64,000 nucleotides of DNA from Candidatus Woesearchaeota archaeon (GTDB lineage Archaea > Nanobdellota > Nanobdellia > Woesearchaeales > ARS49): assembly GCA_016203225.1 (NCBI GenBank), contig JACQNC010000014.1:91715-155714 (forward strand), in the 5' to 3' direction. A program made the translations under genes and the position numbers. Below the pieces are notes generated by a model. The model saw only the letters and a program-made list of their open reading frames with translations, was not told where the DNA came from and did no database searches. Position 1 is the stretch's first letter; the number at the start of each line of letters is the position of its first letter. Shown one piece after another: positions 47,001 through 55,615 of the stretch.

Positions 47001-48089
47001 ATGGTCTTGAAAAAAGAGGAGTATTTCAAGTACTTTTTCCTGGCGTTGTTCGCCCTAATCGCATTCCTAAGCTTCCAGATCGCGAAGCCGTTCCTGGGCG
47101 CGATCCTTTCAAGCTTCGTCCTCGCGTACACGTTCCACCCGGTGTACCGTTGGTTGGTGAAGTATCTCAAGAGCCCGACAATCTCTGCGCTGCTCATCAG
47201 TCTCGTGCTCATCGCGACACTCATACTGCCGATATTCTTCGTGGCAGACAACATAGTCACCGACGCGCGAGTGGGGTACGTCCTACTCAAGCAGAAACTC
47301 GCAACTGGCAACATCTTCGGCGTCGCTTGCCCCGAAGACGCGACATCGTTCGCGTGCAGGATGACCGGTCCGATCAAGAACTTCCTCGCTGACCCCCAGA
47401 CCAACGCCTACCTGCAGGAGGCCATCAGCAACGGAACAGCATTCCTGTTAACAGAGATATCTGGATTCCTGTTGAGTCTCCCGAAGATATTACTGAAGCT
47501 CGCAGTCACGTTCTTCATCATGTTCTACCTGTTCATAGACGGAGAGACACTTGTACAGCGCGGTCGACGGCTCATCCCGCTCACCGAGAAACACCAGCAG
47601 CACATCCTGCAGAAGCTGCAGGACGTCACGTTCGCGGTCGTCTATGGCAGTCTCATAGTCGCGCTCATCCAAGGCGCACTAGGTGGCCTAGGATTCTGGC
47701 TCTTCGGCATCGGAAGCCCGTTGCTCTGGGGAAGCGTGATGGCGGTCTTCGCGCTGGTGCCTTTTGTCGGCACGGCAGCGGTATGGCTGCCCGCGAGCAT
47801 CTTCCTAATGGTGGTTGGCGCTTCTGACGGCGACCCTAACATAGTCTGGAACGGAATCGGGCTGCTCCTATGGGGCGCGCTGCTCGTCAGCACCATCGAC
47901 AACTTCCTCAAGCCGAAGATCATCGGCGAACGCGCAGGCGTCCACCCTGCCATGGTGTTGGTCGGAGCGTTGGGCGGACTCGCGCTGATAGGCTTCATCG
48001 GGTTCGTAGTGGGTCCTTTGATCCTCGGACTGCTAAAGACCTTCATCGACATCTACGAACGCGAAGAGCTCAAAAGGAACGGACGATGA
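47001..48089 (+). CDS. AI-2E family transporter
   Basis: LAY.F.PVY, ALIQG, PFVGT, IDNFLKP, HP, GP. Confidence 0.92.
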   Translation: MVLKKEEYFKYFFLALFALIAFLSFQIAKPFLGAILSSFVLAYTFHPVYRWLVKYLKSPTISALLISLVLIATLILPIFFVADNIVTDARVGYVLLKQKLATGNIFGVACPEDATSFACRMTGPIKNFLADPQTNAYLQEAISNGTAFLLTEISGFLLSLPKILLKLAVTFFIMFYLFIDGETLVQRGRRLIPLTEKHQQHILQKLQDVTFAVVYGSLIVALIQGALGGLGFWLFGIGSPLLWGSVMAVFALVPFVGTAAVWLPASIFLMVVGASDGDPNIVWNGIGLLLWGALLVSTIDNFLKPKIIGERAGVHPAMVLVGALGGLALIGFIGFVVGPLILGLLKTFIDIYEREELKRNGR

Positions 48090-48156
48090 GGCTCCCATTC
48101 AAAGACAATGCCCAAGTAGTGCTTGTGCAAGCCTTTGATAGGGAACCGAGCACACA

Positions 48157-49653
48157 ATGAGACTCCCTGTCAAAGACATGGATATCGCCACTGGCAGCGT
48201 CCGCGTCGTGATCCTAAACCAGCAGGACGCGGCGCGCATGGATCTGCACGCGAACGACCGACTCTTCCTACGCAAAGGTGGCCGTAAGGCCATAGCCATC
48301 CTTGATGTGGCCGAGAGCGAGAAGGCTGTCCCGCCGGGCAGGATCGGGCTTTTCGAGGAAGTGCTCGACGCTCTCAATGCGAAACACAATGACATCGTGG
48401 ACTTCATCCTCGCACGCAAACCCGAAAGCATTGATTCAATCAAGCTCAAGATGGACGGCAAGGAACTCACGCCCTCGCAGATAAACGGCATAGTGAAGGA
48501 CATCGTTCACAGCAACCTCACTGATGTCGAGCTCACGAGCTTCGTGACGGCGAACTACATACATGGCATGACCATGAACGAGGTCGTCAGCCTGACGAAG
48601 AGCATGGCGTATTCAGGGCTGCATCTTTCCTTACGAAGAAGACCGATCATGGACGTCCACAGCATCGGCGGAGTGCCGGGGAACAGGACAACGCCGATTG
48701 TCGTGCCCATCGTGGCAGCGGCGGGATTGACGATCCCTAAGACGAGCTCGCGCGCGATCACGTCCCCCGCCGGAACGGCCGATGCGCTCGAAGTGCTCAC
48801 GAACGTGATCCTGCCGAAGGAGAAACTCGAGCGGCTTGCGTATCAATTGGGAGGATTCATGGTGTGGGGAGGCGCAATATCTTTGGCGCCAGCAGATGAC
48901 AAGATAATCGCTGTCGAGCACCCACTGAACATCGATGCCGAAGGCCAGATGCTGGCCAGCATAATGGCCAAGAAAGCTTCGGTGGGAGCGACGCATCTGC
49001 TGTTGGAGATCCCCATCGATAGGAACGGCAAGGTCCGCGATGAGCGCCGTGCGCTGCACTTGAAGAACGCATTCTGCACTTTGGGAAACAAGCTCGGCAT
49101 AGATGTGCATGTCCTTGTTACGGATGGTTCGCAGCCGATCGGCAATGGAATAGGGCCCGCGCTCGAGGCGCGCGACGTGATATGGGTATTGACGGATGAC
49201 CGTCGAGGGCCTCAGGACCTGCGCGAGAAAAGCCTCATCATGGCGGGCAAGCTCCTCGAGATGGGCAATTGCTGCAAAAGAGGCGAAGGCTACGCTACTG
49301 CCGAACGCATACTCGATTCAGGAGAAGCGTACGCGAAATTCATCGAGATCATCAAGGCGCAAGGCGGACCCCGCATAGTCAAAGCGGACGCGGTGCCTTT
49401 GAGCGCGCATACTTTCATCGTGCGCGCGCCTCGCAATGGCACGATCACGAACATGGACAACAAGGCCCTGGCAAGCATCGCGAAAGCCGCTGGCGCGCCT
49501 TCTGACCACGGCAGCGGGATCTTCCTGCACAAGCACCGCAGCGAAAACGTGCGCCGAGGCGAACCGTTGTACACGATACACGCCGGCAGCCGCGACGAAC
49601 TCAGGTATGCGACATCCGCGGCACGCGCATTCAACGGAGTGAGCATCCGATGA
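48157..49653 (+). CDS. deoA: AMP phosphorylase (thymidine phosphorylase family)
   Basis: D.HSIGGVPGN, PKTSSRAITSPAGTAD, SIMAKK, QPIG.GIGP.LEA. Confidence 0.95.
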   Translation: MRLPVKDMDIATGSVRVVILNQQDAARMDLHANDRLFLRKGGRKAIAILDVAESEKAVPPGRIGLFEEVLDALNAKHNDIVDFILARKPESIDSIKLKMDGKELTPSQINGIVKDIVHSNLTDVELTSFVTANYIHGMTMNEVVSLTKSMAYSGLHLSLRRRPIMDVHSIGGVPGNRTTPIVVPIVAAAGLTIPKTSSRAITSPAGTADALEVLTNVILPKEKLERLAYQLGGFMVWGGAISLAPADDKIIAVEHPLNIDAEGQMLASIMAKKASVGATHLLLEIPIDRNGKVRDERRALHLKNAFCTLGNKLGIDVHVLVTDGSQPIGNGIGPALEARDVIWVLTDDRRGPQDLREKSLIMAGKLLEMGNCCKRGEGYATAERILDSGEAYAKFIEIIKAQGGPRIVKADAVPLSAHTFIVRAPRNGTITNMDNKALASIAKAAGAPSDHGSGIFLHKHRSENVRRGEPLYTIHAGSRDELRYATSAARAFNGVSIR

Positions 49654-50087
49654 AGCTTGCAGAACAAGACAAGCAGTTCCTGATGGCCCTGTTCTATGGG
49701 ACCGCGATAATCGTTTTCTGGCGCGGAGTGTGGGGGATATTCGACGCCATCCCGATACTGAACAACGTGTACGTCTCGTTCTTCATCGGACTTGCCGCGC
49801 TGACTCTGACCGGCATGATCTATCGCGAATTCGACTTCTTCTCGCAACGCGCGAACAAGCTCACGAAAGTTCTCCACGGAGTGTTGACAGAAGCCAAGCG
49901 CGAAGAAGGTTACCTGATCCACTACTTCGACGAATTGACGGGCAAGCACGAGACCATCCAACCTCGGAAAGTGCGTCGGATCGAGCACAACGTCATGGTC
50001 GTAGAAGACAAAGGCCACGAGATATTCATCCCGCTGCACAGGATCTCCAAGATCCACAAGGACGGGAAGGCGATTTGGACGAAGTAA
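49650..50087 (+). CDS. 2-TM protein with C-terminal MJ1316/DUF504-like domain
   Basis: FWRGVWG..D TM pair; I.Y.D...IFIPLHRI.KI. Confidence 0.6.
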   Translation: MKLAEQDKQFLMALFYGTAIIVFWRGVWGIFDAIPILNNVYVSFFIGLAALTLTGMIYREFDFFSQRANKLTKVLHGVLTEAKREEGYLIHYFDELTGKHETIQPRKVRRIEHNVMVVEDKGHEIFIPLHRISKIHKDGKAIWTK

Positions 50088-50100
50088 AAATATTCTACGT

Positions 50101-50215
50101 TCGTTGCTCCCCCGGCATGATTGACGTCGCTTCAAAAGCATCACATCGATAACGATGAAGCAACCACAAACCTGCCTGGGGAGATTACGCTTGGAACGCA
50201 CCTGGGAGGGGTAGC
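50101..50215 (+). repeat. Dispersed palindromic intergenic repeat, copy 9
   Basis: CCCCCGGCATGATTGACGTCGCTTCA...TGAAGCAACCACAAACCTGCCTGGGG. Confidence 0.88.
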
Positions 50216-50250
50216 AAAGCTTTAAAGCGCAAGCAAAGGCGCATGATCAT

Positions 50251-52191
50251 ATGCAATTCAAAGGCTTTACCTTAGACGACTTCCAGATCAAGTCCATAGA
50301 GGCGGTCGAAAGGAACGAATCCGTCGTCGTCTCGGCCGCGACAGGCACTGGAAAGACGTTGATCGCGGACTACGTCATCGACAAGTTCATCAACCAGAAG
50401 CGGCGCGTAATCTACACGGCGCCGATCAAGGCGTTATCGAACCAGAAATTCAGGGATTTCAAGCGGCATTACGGCCCCGAGAGCGTCGGTATAATCACCG
50501 GCGACGTGCAGATCAACACGGAAGCGATGATACTCGTGATGACTACAGAGATCTACCGCAACATGCTTCTATCGCACGACCCGTTGCTCGACACGGTCGC
50601 GTATGTCGTGTTCGACGAGATCCACTACATCTCCGACATCGAACGCGGCACGATCTGGGAGGAGAGCATAATCTTCTCGCCAGCACATCTACGCTTTCTC
50701 TGTCTTTCTGCGACGATCCCGAACGCAAACCAGTTCGCGGCCTGGATCGAGAGCATCCGGAAGCACACCGTGACCGTCGTGAAATATGCCCAACGTGCCG
50801 TCCCTCTCCAACATCTGCTGTTCGACGAGTCATTCGGACTACAAGAACCGAAAGAGATGCGCAACATCCTAGCGATACCTGAACAACGGCCACGAGGTAA
50901 GCACAAGCACGATAAAAAAAAGGAATTTCCTGTCGTCTCGCCCAGCGATGTCGTCAAGGAACTCAAGAGCCGCGGGCTCATGCCCTGCTTCTACTTCGTA
51001 TTCTCAAGGAAAGAGTGCGAAAGAAAGGCTGAAGAGGTCGCGCGCCAGTTCGACCTGCTTCCTGGTGCGAAAAAAGGTGAGGTCGGCGAGATTTTCCGCA
51101 AGGTCATACCGGAAGAACTGCGCGAACTCGAAAGCGTGCGAATGGTGCGACAGCTCGCATCGAAAGGCGTCGCCGTCCACCACGCAGGATTGTTGCCGCA
51201 GTTGAAGGAGGCGGTCGAACTGTTGTTCACCGCAGGCCTCATCTCGGTCCTTTTCACGACGGAGACGTTCGCGGTCGGCATCAACATGCCCGCTAAAGCG
51301 GTCATATTCTCGTCTTTGACAAAGTGGGACGGCATGAACTTCCGCATGCTCAACTCCAAGGAATACTTCCAGCTCGCCGGACGCGCGGGTCGTAGAGGCA
51401 TCGACACGATTGGCTACGCGATCGGCGTGGTAGATAGGAAAATGACTGACTTGGACCGTTACTTGCATCTAGTTTCCGGCGACACCGAGCCCATCAGATC
51501 GCAATTCAGGCTGTCGTTCAACACCGTTATGCATCTCGTGGCGCACCACAACGCCGAGGAACGCGAGATCATCCTCAAGAGCAACTTCGACTATTTCGTC
51601 CAGAAGCAGGAGGGCTCGCACGTGCGTATAATGGCGAGCTTCAACAACAAGCTCAAGGCGCTCACAAAGATGGGCTACGTGACTCCCGACGGAAAGATGA
51701 CGTGGAAAGGCAACTTTCTGCTTAATATCTACGCGAACGAGCTGCTCTTAGGCGAGATTTTTGGCACAGACCTGCACCAGCAGTTGACCGAGCTCGAGTT
51801 ATGCCTGTTGATCGCTGGAATCGTCTTTGAGGAGCGCAAGAACACCATCTTCCACACCAAATGCAGGAACGACGAGTACAACCGCGTCGCACGGCAGACG
51901 TACGACGCCATAATCGCCAAATTGGGCGCCAATCGTTACGTGCAGGAGAATCTGAACAAGTTCGCATTGCAACGACTCTCACTTCTGGTCACGCGCTGGG
52001 CGTCCGGCGCTGAGTTCATGGAGATCCTGCAGTACACCGAAGTGCCTGAAGGCGACATCGTGCACATGATACTGCGCAACTGCGACGCCTTGCGGCAATT
52101 GCGTCACGCGACGGACGACGAGGCGCTCAAGACCAAACTCTTGGGCTGTCTGCAACGGATGTACCGCGACGTCGTCAAGGTCAATCTCTAA
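50251..52191 (+). CDS. Ski2/HelY-like DExH RNA helicase
   Basis: ATGTGKT, PIKALSNQ, DEIH, LSAT, HHAGL, TETFAVGIN.P, Q.AGRAGRRG. Confidence 0.93.
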   Translation: MQFKGFTLDDFQIKSIEAVERNESVVVSAATGTGKTLIADYVIDKFINQKRRVIYTAPIKALSNQKFRDFKRHYGPESVGIITGDVQINTEAMILVMTTEIYRNMLLSHDPLLDTVAYVVFDEIHYISDIERGTIWEESIIFSPAHLRFLCLSATIPNANQFAAWIESIRKHTVTVVKYAQRAVPLQHLLFDESFGLQEPKEMRNILAIPEQRPRGKHKHDKKKEFPVVSPSDVVKELKSRGLMPCFYFVFSRKECERKAEEVARQFDLLPGAKKGEVGEIFRKVIPEELRELESVRMVRQLASKGVAVHHAGLLPQLKEAVELLFTAGLISVLFTTETFAVGINMPAKAVIFSSLTKWDGMNFRMLNSKEYFQLAGRAGRRGIDTIGYAIGVVDRKMTDLDRYLHLVSGDTEPIRSQFRLSFNTVMHLVAHHNAEEREIILKSNFDYFVQKQEGSHVRIMASFNNKLKALTKMGYVTPDGKMTWKGNFLLNIYANELLLGEIFGTDLHQQLTELELCLLIAGIVFEERKNTIFHTKCRNDEYNRVARQTYDAIIAKLGANRYVQENLNKFALQRLSLLVTRWASGAEFMEILQYTEVPEGDIVHMILRNCDALRQLRHATDDEALKTKLLGCLQRMYRDVVKVNL

Positions 52192-52201
52192 GTGCCACCC
52201 A

Positions 52202-52448
52202 CATAGTGCCTATCTGTTTTCTTTGGTTTTAGGCTGAACTCTCACTTTTGCAGAACAAACTCCTGTTTTGACGAACAGCTTCGATCGCTTTTCGAACAAG
52301 CCAGCACTTTTGTTATTATTTCTATATAAAAAATATTTATATTGACAATCCTCGTTCGCAATCTACAGCACCGAGCTAAATCCAAGAGGAAAGTGTGCAT
52401 TGAAGGGTCAAATTAACACACCGGTACCTGCTGTAGCTAGGCACTATG
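52202..52448. repeat. AT-rich segment bounded by an 11-bp inverted repeat
   Basis: CATAGTGCCTA ... TAGGCACTATG; inner CTACAGCA ... TGCTGTAG. Confidence 0.5.
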
Positions 52449-52522
52449 CAAATACGCGCTTTGAAAGGCGCTAATCAACCCTCAACAAATCATAGAAGCG
52501 TCTTTATTCACAAAAAGTGAGC

Positions 52523-53116
52523 TTATGACTCACTTTTCAGGATGGCATGCCTCATGCCAGCGCGAGCAACTTCCTGCTGCCCAGAAATCAGTCTCAAACT
52601 GCGCTCGACAGTCTGCATCACGCGCACAAGAGGCCGAGCCTCGCGCAAGAGCTTCTCTTCCTTTGCGAGCGCCTCTGCTTCCCGCAACAGCTTCGCCTCG
52701 CGCGCCAGCACTATCTCGTGCGCGACCTTCTGCGCTTCAGCTATCTCCTCGCCAGCGAGCGCCAGAGACGTGAACCGCGCATAAATCCTGAATCCGAGGT
52801 ACAACGGTAGCACAGCCAAGATGTCTAGCCAGTACAGCTTCACGAACTTCACGACATTCTGAACGTGGAACCACTTGAACGTCAGATCGACGACAAAAAA
52901 GAACAGTATGAACTGGTCGAGATAAGCGATCAGCGGCCCGAACGGCTCAAGACTATACAGCGTCCACAACGGATTATCAAGCACCAATTCGATGGCCAAG
53001 ATCACAAGCAAATAGGGAATGATCATGTCAGTGAACCATTCGAACCAGCGCAGCACCTTCCAACGATGATGGTGCTCGCCGAGCAGGTCATGATGCGACG
53101 CAAGCCTCTTTTTCAC
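52523..53116 (-). CDS. Voltage-sensor-like (ion-channel S1-S4) protein lacking a pore
   Basis: FFVVDL..K, WLDILAVLP, Arg-spaced helix; start at GTG 53116 inferred. Confidence 0.65.
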   Translation of the reverse strand: MKKRLASHHDLLGEHHHRWKVLRWFEWFTDMIIPYLLVILAIELVLDNPLWTLYSLEPFGPLIAYLDQFILFFFVVDLTFKWFHVQNVVKFVKLYWLDILAVLPLYLGFRIYARFTSLALAGEEIAEAQKVAHEIVLAREAKLLREAEALAKEEKLLREARPLVRVMQTVERSLRLISGQQEVARAGMRHAILKSES

Positions 53117-53242
53117 AGGCAGCAAAAACAAACGGTTGCTTAAAAACGTTGCTGGCAAGAATCCGCAATATTTATAAATGGCATTTTTCCCGTTACTCCT
53201 AGCGTGTGAATTCTGACGGGGGACGTTGCTAGATACACAACC

Positions 53243-55162
53243 ATGAACGTAGGACAAACAGGTCAAACGCTGGACGCGATCATCAAGGACGAGCCACAGC
53301 TCGTGCTAAAGAACAACATAGCGCGCGCGTGGAAGCACGCGATCGCGAAGGGCGGTTTCGGCACGCTGCTGCTCGCGAGGTTCGACAACGTCTTCGCATT
53401 CGGCGCAGAATTGATCAATCAGGGAGAGGCAGACCCGGCGATCCTTGGGCTTGAAGGGATCCCGTATTCTCCCCGTCCCGAGAACGGTCAAGGCTGGCTT
53501 CCGACGCCCATAGAGGATCCTCAAGTAAGAAAACGCGTCATAAAGGCAGGCCAAGACAGCTGGACAGCATACCAGAACGCACGCGCCCAGAAGGCGCCAG
53601 ACCAGGGACCGACCATCGACCGCGGCGACGTCATAATGCAGTACTGTGACTTTCTCAGACAGATGGATATCGAGCTAACGCAAAGCCCGCTCCTCGCGGT
53701 AAAAGTGCTCATCCCTCCAACCGGCAAGAACGCGGATGAAGAGCGCGTCTTCAGGAGCGAGGTCGAGCGCAAGTTCATCGACGAGTACTTCATGCTCCGC
53801 AGGCTGAAACACCCGAACATCGTCAGAACGCATGGACTCATCGAGGACCCGAAGTACGGCTGGACGCTTTACATGGACTACATAGACGGCCTGACCCTGG
53901 AGGACTATATCATTTCCCAAGAAGACAAGCGTCTACCTGCGCCTGTCGCGTTGAAGATCGTCGAGCGCGTCGCGGACGCGGTGAAGTACTGCCACGCGAA
54001 CGGCATCATCCATCGCGACATCAAACCGGCGAACGTCCTCATCAAGATCGACGGGGTCGAGGCAGATGGCACGCCCAAACTCATCCCGTACCTGTGCGAT
54101 TTCGGCATCAGCAAGAACGTCGACAGCTCGCAGACGACAATCATCAATCTTGGAAGCCCGCATCACGTGTCTCCCGAACAGGCGTGCGGCAACCCGGTGA
54201 CGTTCGCGTCCGACGTCTACCAGCTCGGTTCGCTGCTTTTCGAGATGGTCACGGGCAAAGGCGCATACGAAGGGCTCAGTATCGACGCCACGCTCACCCT
54301 TCTGCGCAACCCGACGATCGATCATCCCACTGTGGTGAGGGATTACCTTCCGAACCTCTCCGAACGCGTCAAGGACCTAATCGAGGTCGCCAGACGCAAG
54401 GATCCCGAGAAGCGTTGGATAATGGACAAGTTCATCTCCGAAGCGCGCTACATCATCGAGAAGGGACTCTATGACGAAACGCCACGCCGAAGCCCCACGC
54501 GGACAGAGCTAATCGAACTCTGGAAAGTCGTCGACCTCCGAAGGGCCGAACTCGAGACAAAGATCCAATTCATCCGTTTCGAGGAGGACATCGATAAGGC
54601 CAAGGAACTGTACAAGGCGGGCGATTTCATAGAATTCGAGATGAAAGTCACATCGTTCGCGGCGCAGCTCGCTGAGCGCCCCCAACGGTACACCAAGTTG
54701 AAGGAGGAGCTCACGCGCCTCCTGCTCGAAGTCGCAGACAACAGATTGAAGGCGAAGGAATACACCCAGGTCGGCACCGCGCTCACATACGTAACGAAAT
54801 GCATCGACGGACTCAAGAACGTCGATACCAAGGTCTACGGGGAGGAGTGCCAGAAACTCTCGGTGCAATTCGGGCCGCACTCGCTGTTCGTCAGCAACTT
54901 CAGCAATGTCGCCGATTCCCTGAAGAGCGTAGAGAAAGGCATCAAGGATGTCTACACTCTCCGAACCATGAACAAACCCTTCAGCGACAAGCTCAGCTCG
55001 CTCGAACTCCAACTGACAGGCGTGCGCGGCGTCTGGACGAACACGCCGCGTGAGAGCATCGGTTCCGCCTATGAGCGCATGGGACAACAGATCACCGACA
55101 TCGAGGACGCGTTGACAGATCTCAAACGCGAGACGCGCATCGACCGGTCATCAGGACAATAA
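53243..55162 (+). CDS. Hanks-type Ser/Thr protein kinase with helical C-terminus
   Basis: KGGFG, AVKVL, LKHPNIV, HRDIKPAN, DFG, SPEQ, SDVYQLG. Confidence 0.92.
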   Translation: MNVGQTGQTLDAIIKDEPQLVLKNNIARAWKHAIAKGGFGTLLLARFDNVFAFGAELINQGEADPAILGLEGIPYSPRPENGQGWLPTPIEDPQVRKRVIKAGQDSWTAYQNARAQKAPDQGPTIDRGDVIMQYCDFLRQMDIELTQSPLLAVKVLIPPTGKNADEERVFRSEVERKFIDEYFMLRRLKHPNIVRTHGLIEDPKYGWTLYMDYIDGLTLEDYIISQEDKRLPAPVALKIVERVADAVKYCHANGIIHRDIKPANVLIKIDGVEADGTPKLIPYLCDFGISKNVDSSQTTIINLGSPHHVSPEQACGNPVTFASDVYQLGSLLFEMVTGKGAYEGLSIDATLTLLRNPTIDHPTVVRDYLPNLSERVKDLIEVARRKDPEKRWIMDKFISEARYIIEKGLYDETPRRSPTRTELIELWKVVDLRRAELETKIQFIRFEEDIDKAKELYKAGDFIEFEMKVTSFAAQLAERPQRYTKLKEELTRLLLEVADNRLKAKEYTQVGTALTYVTKCIDGLKNVDTKVYGEECQKLSVQFGPHSLFVSNFSNVADSLKSVEKGIKDVYTLRTMNKPFSDKLSSLELQLTGVRGVWTNTPRESIGSAYERMGQQITDIEDALTDLKRETRIDRSSGQ

Positions 55163-55212
55163 GCTTTAAATCAGCGTCTACTGTTTTCTTGTTATGTCTT
55201 CAGCAATCCATT

Positions 55213-55261
55213 GGCACCGTCGCATGCGCGCAGACACGCGTCTGCGGCCGCGACGTTGCCG
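55213..55261 (+). other. Acceptor-stem mimic hairpin in the tRNA-Ser leader
   Basis: 13-nt copy GGCACCGTCGCAT, whose first 11 nt pair with GCGACGTTGCC, followed by G. Confidence 0.75.
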
Positions 55262-55304
55262 TGCGAATACCGCATCACGCAGTATCCGTATGCACAATCA
55301 TTAT

Positions 55305-55387
55305 GGCACCGTCGCATAATCCGGTAGTGCGTCCGCCTTGAGAGCGGATCCCGCAAGGGGCTGCAGGTTCAAATCCTGCCGGTGCCG
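55305..55387 (+). tRNA. tRNA-Ser(TGA)
   Basis: GGCACCG/CGGTGCC-G; TCCGC-CTTGAGA-GCGGA; long variable arm CCCGCAAGGG; GTTCAAATC. Confidence 0.95.
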
Positions 55388-55615
55388 TCAGTTTTGGCTT
55401 CAGCTAGTGTTTTACATAATCTTTCAATATTGAATTTAATACGAACGAAAGCCCTAAATACTAAACAAAGTATAAAAATGACTGCAGTTATGCTCGGTGA
55501 ATTTAGAAAGCTTTAAATATAAGCTGCGAACATTATTATTAAAGTTAATTGTGTTGCAACATACACATTACGCGAGAGAGCGCTACGGGTTTGGGGGGCG
55601 TTCTCGAGGTGCACC

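Noticed and set aside
52385..52527. RNase P RNA (GAGGAAAGT ... ACAAAAAGTGAGCTTA)
   Set aside because: The two segments cannot form P4, the region is AT-rich, and AAAAGTGAG pairs locally with CTCACTTTT at the neighbouring gene end
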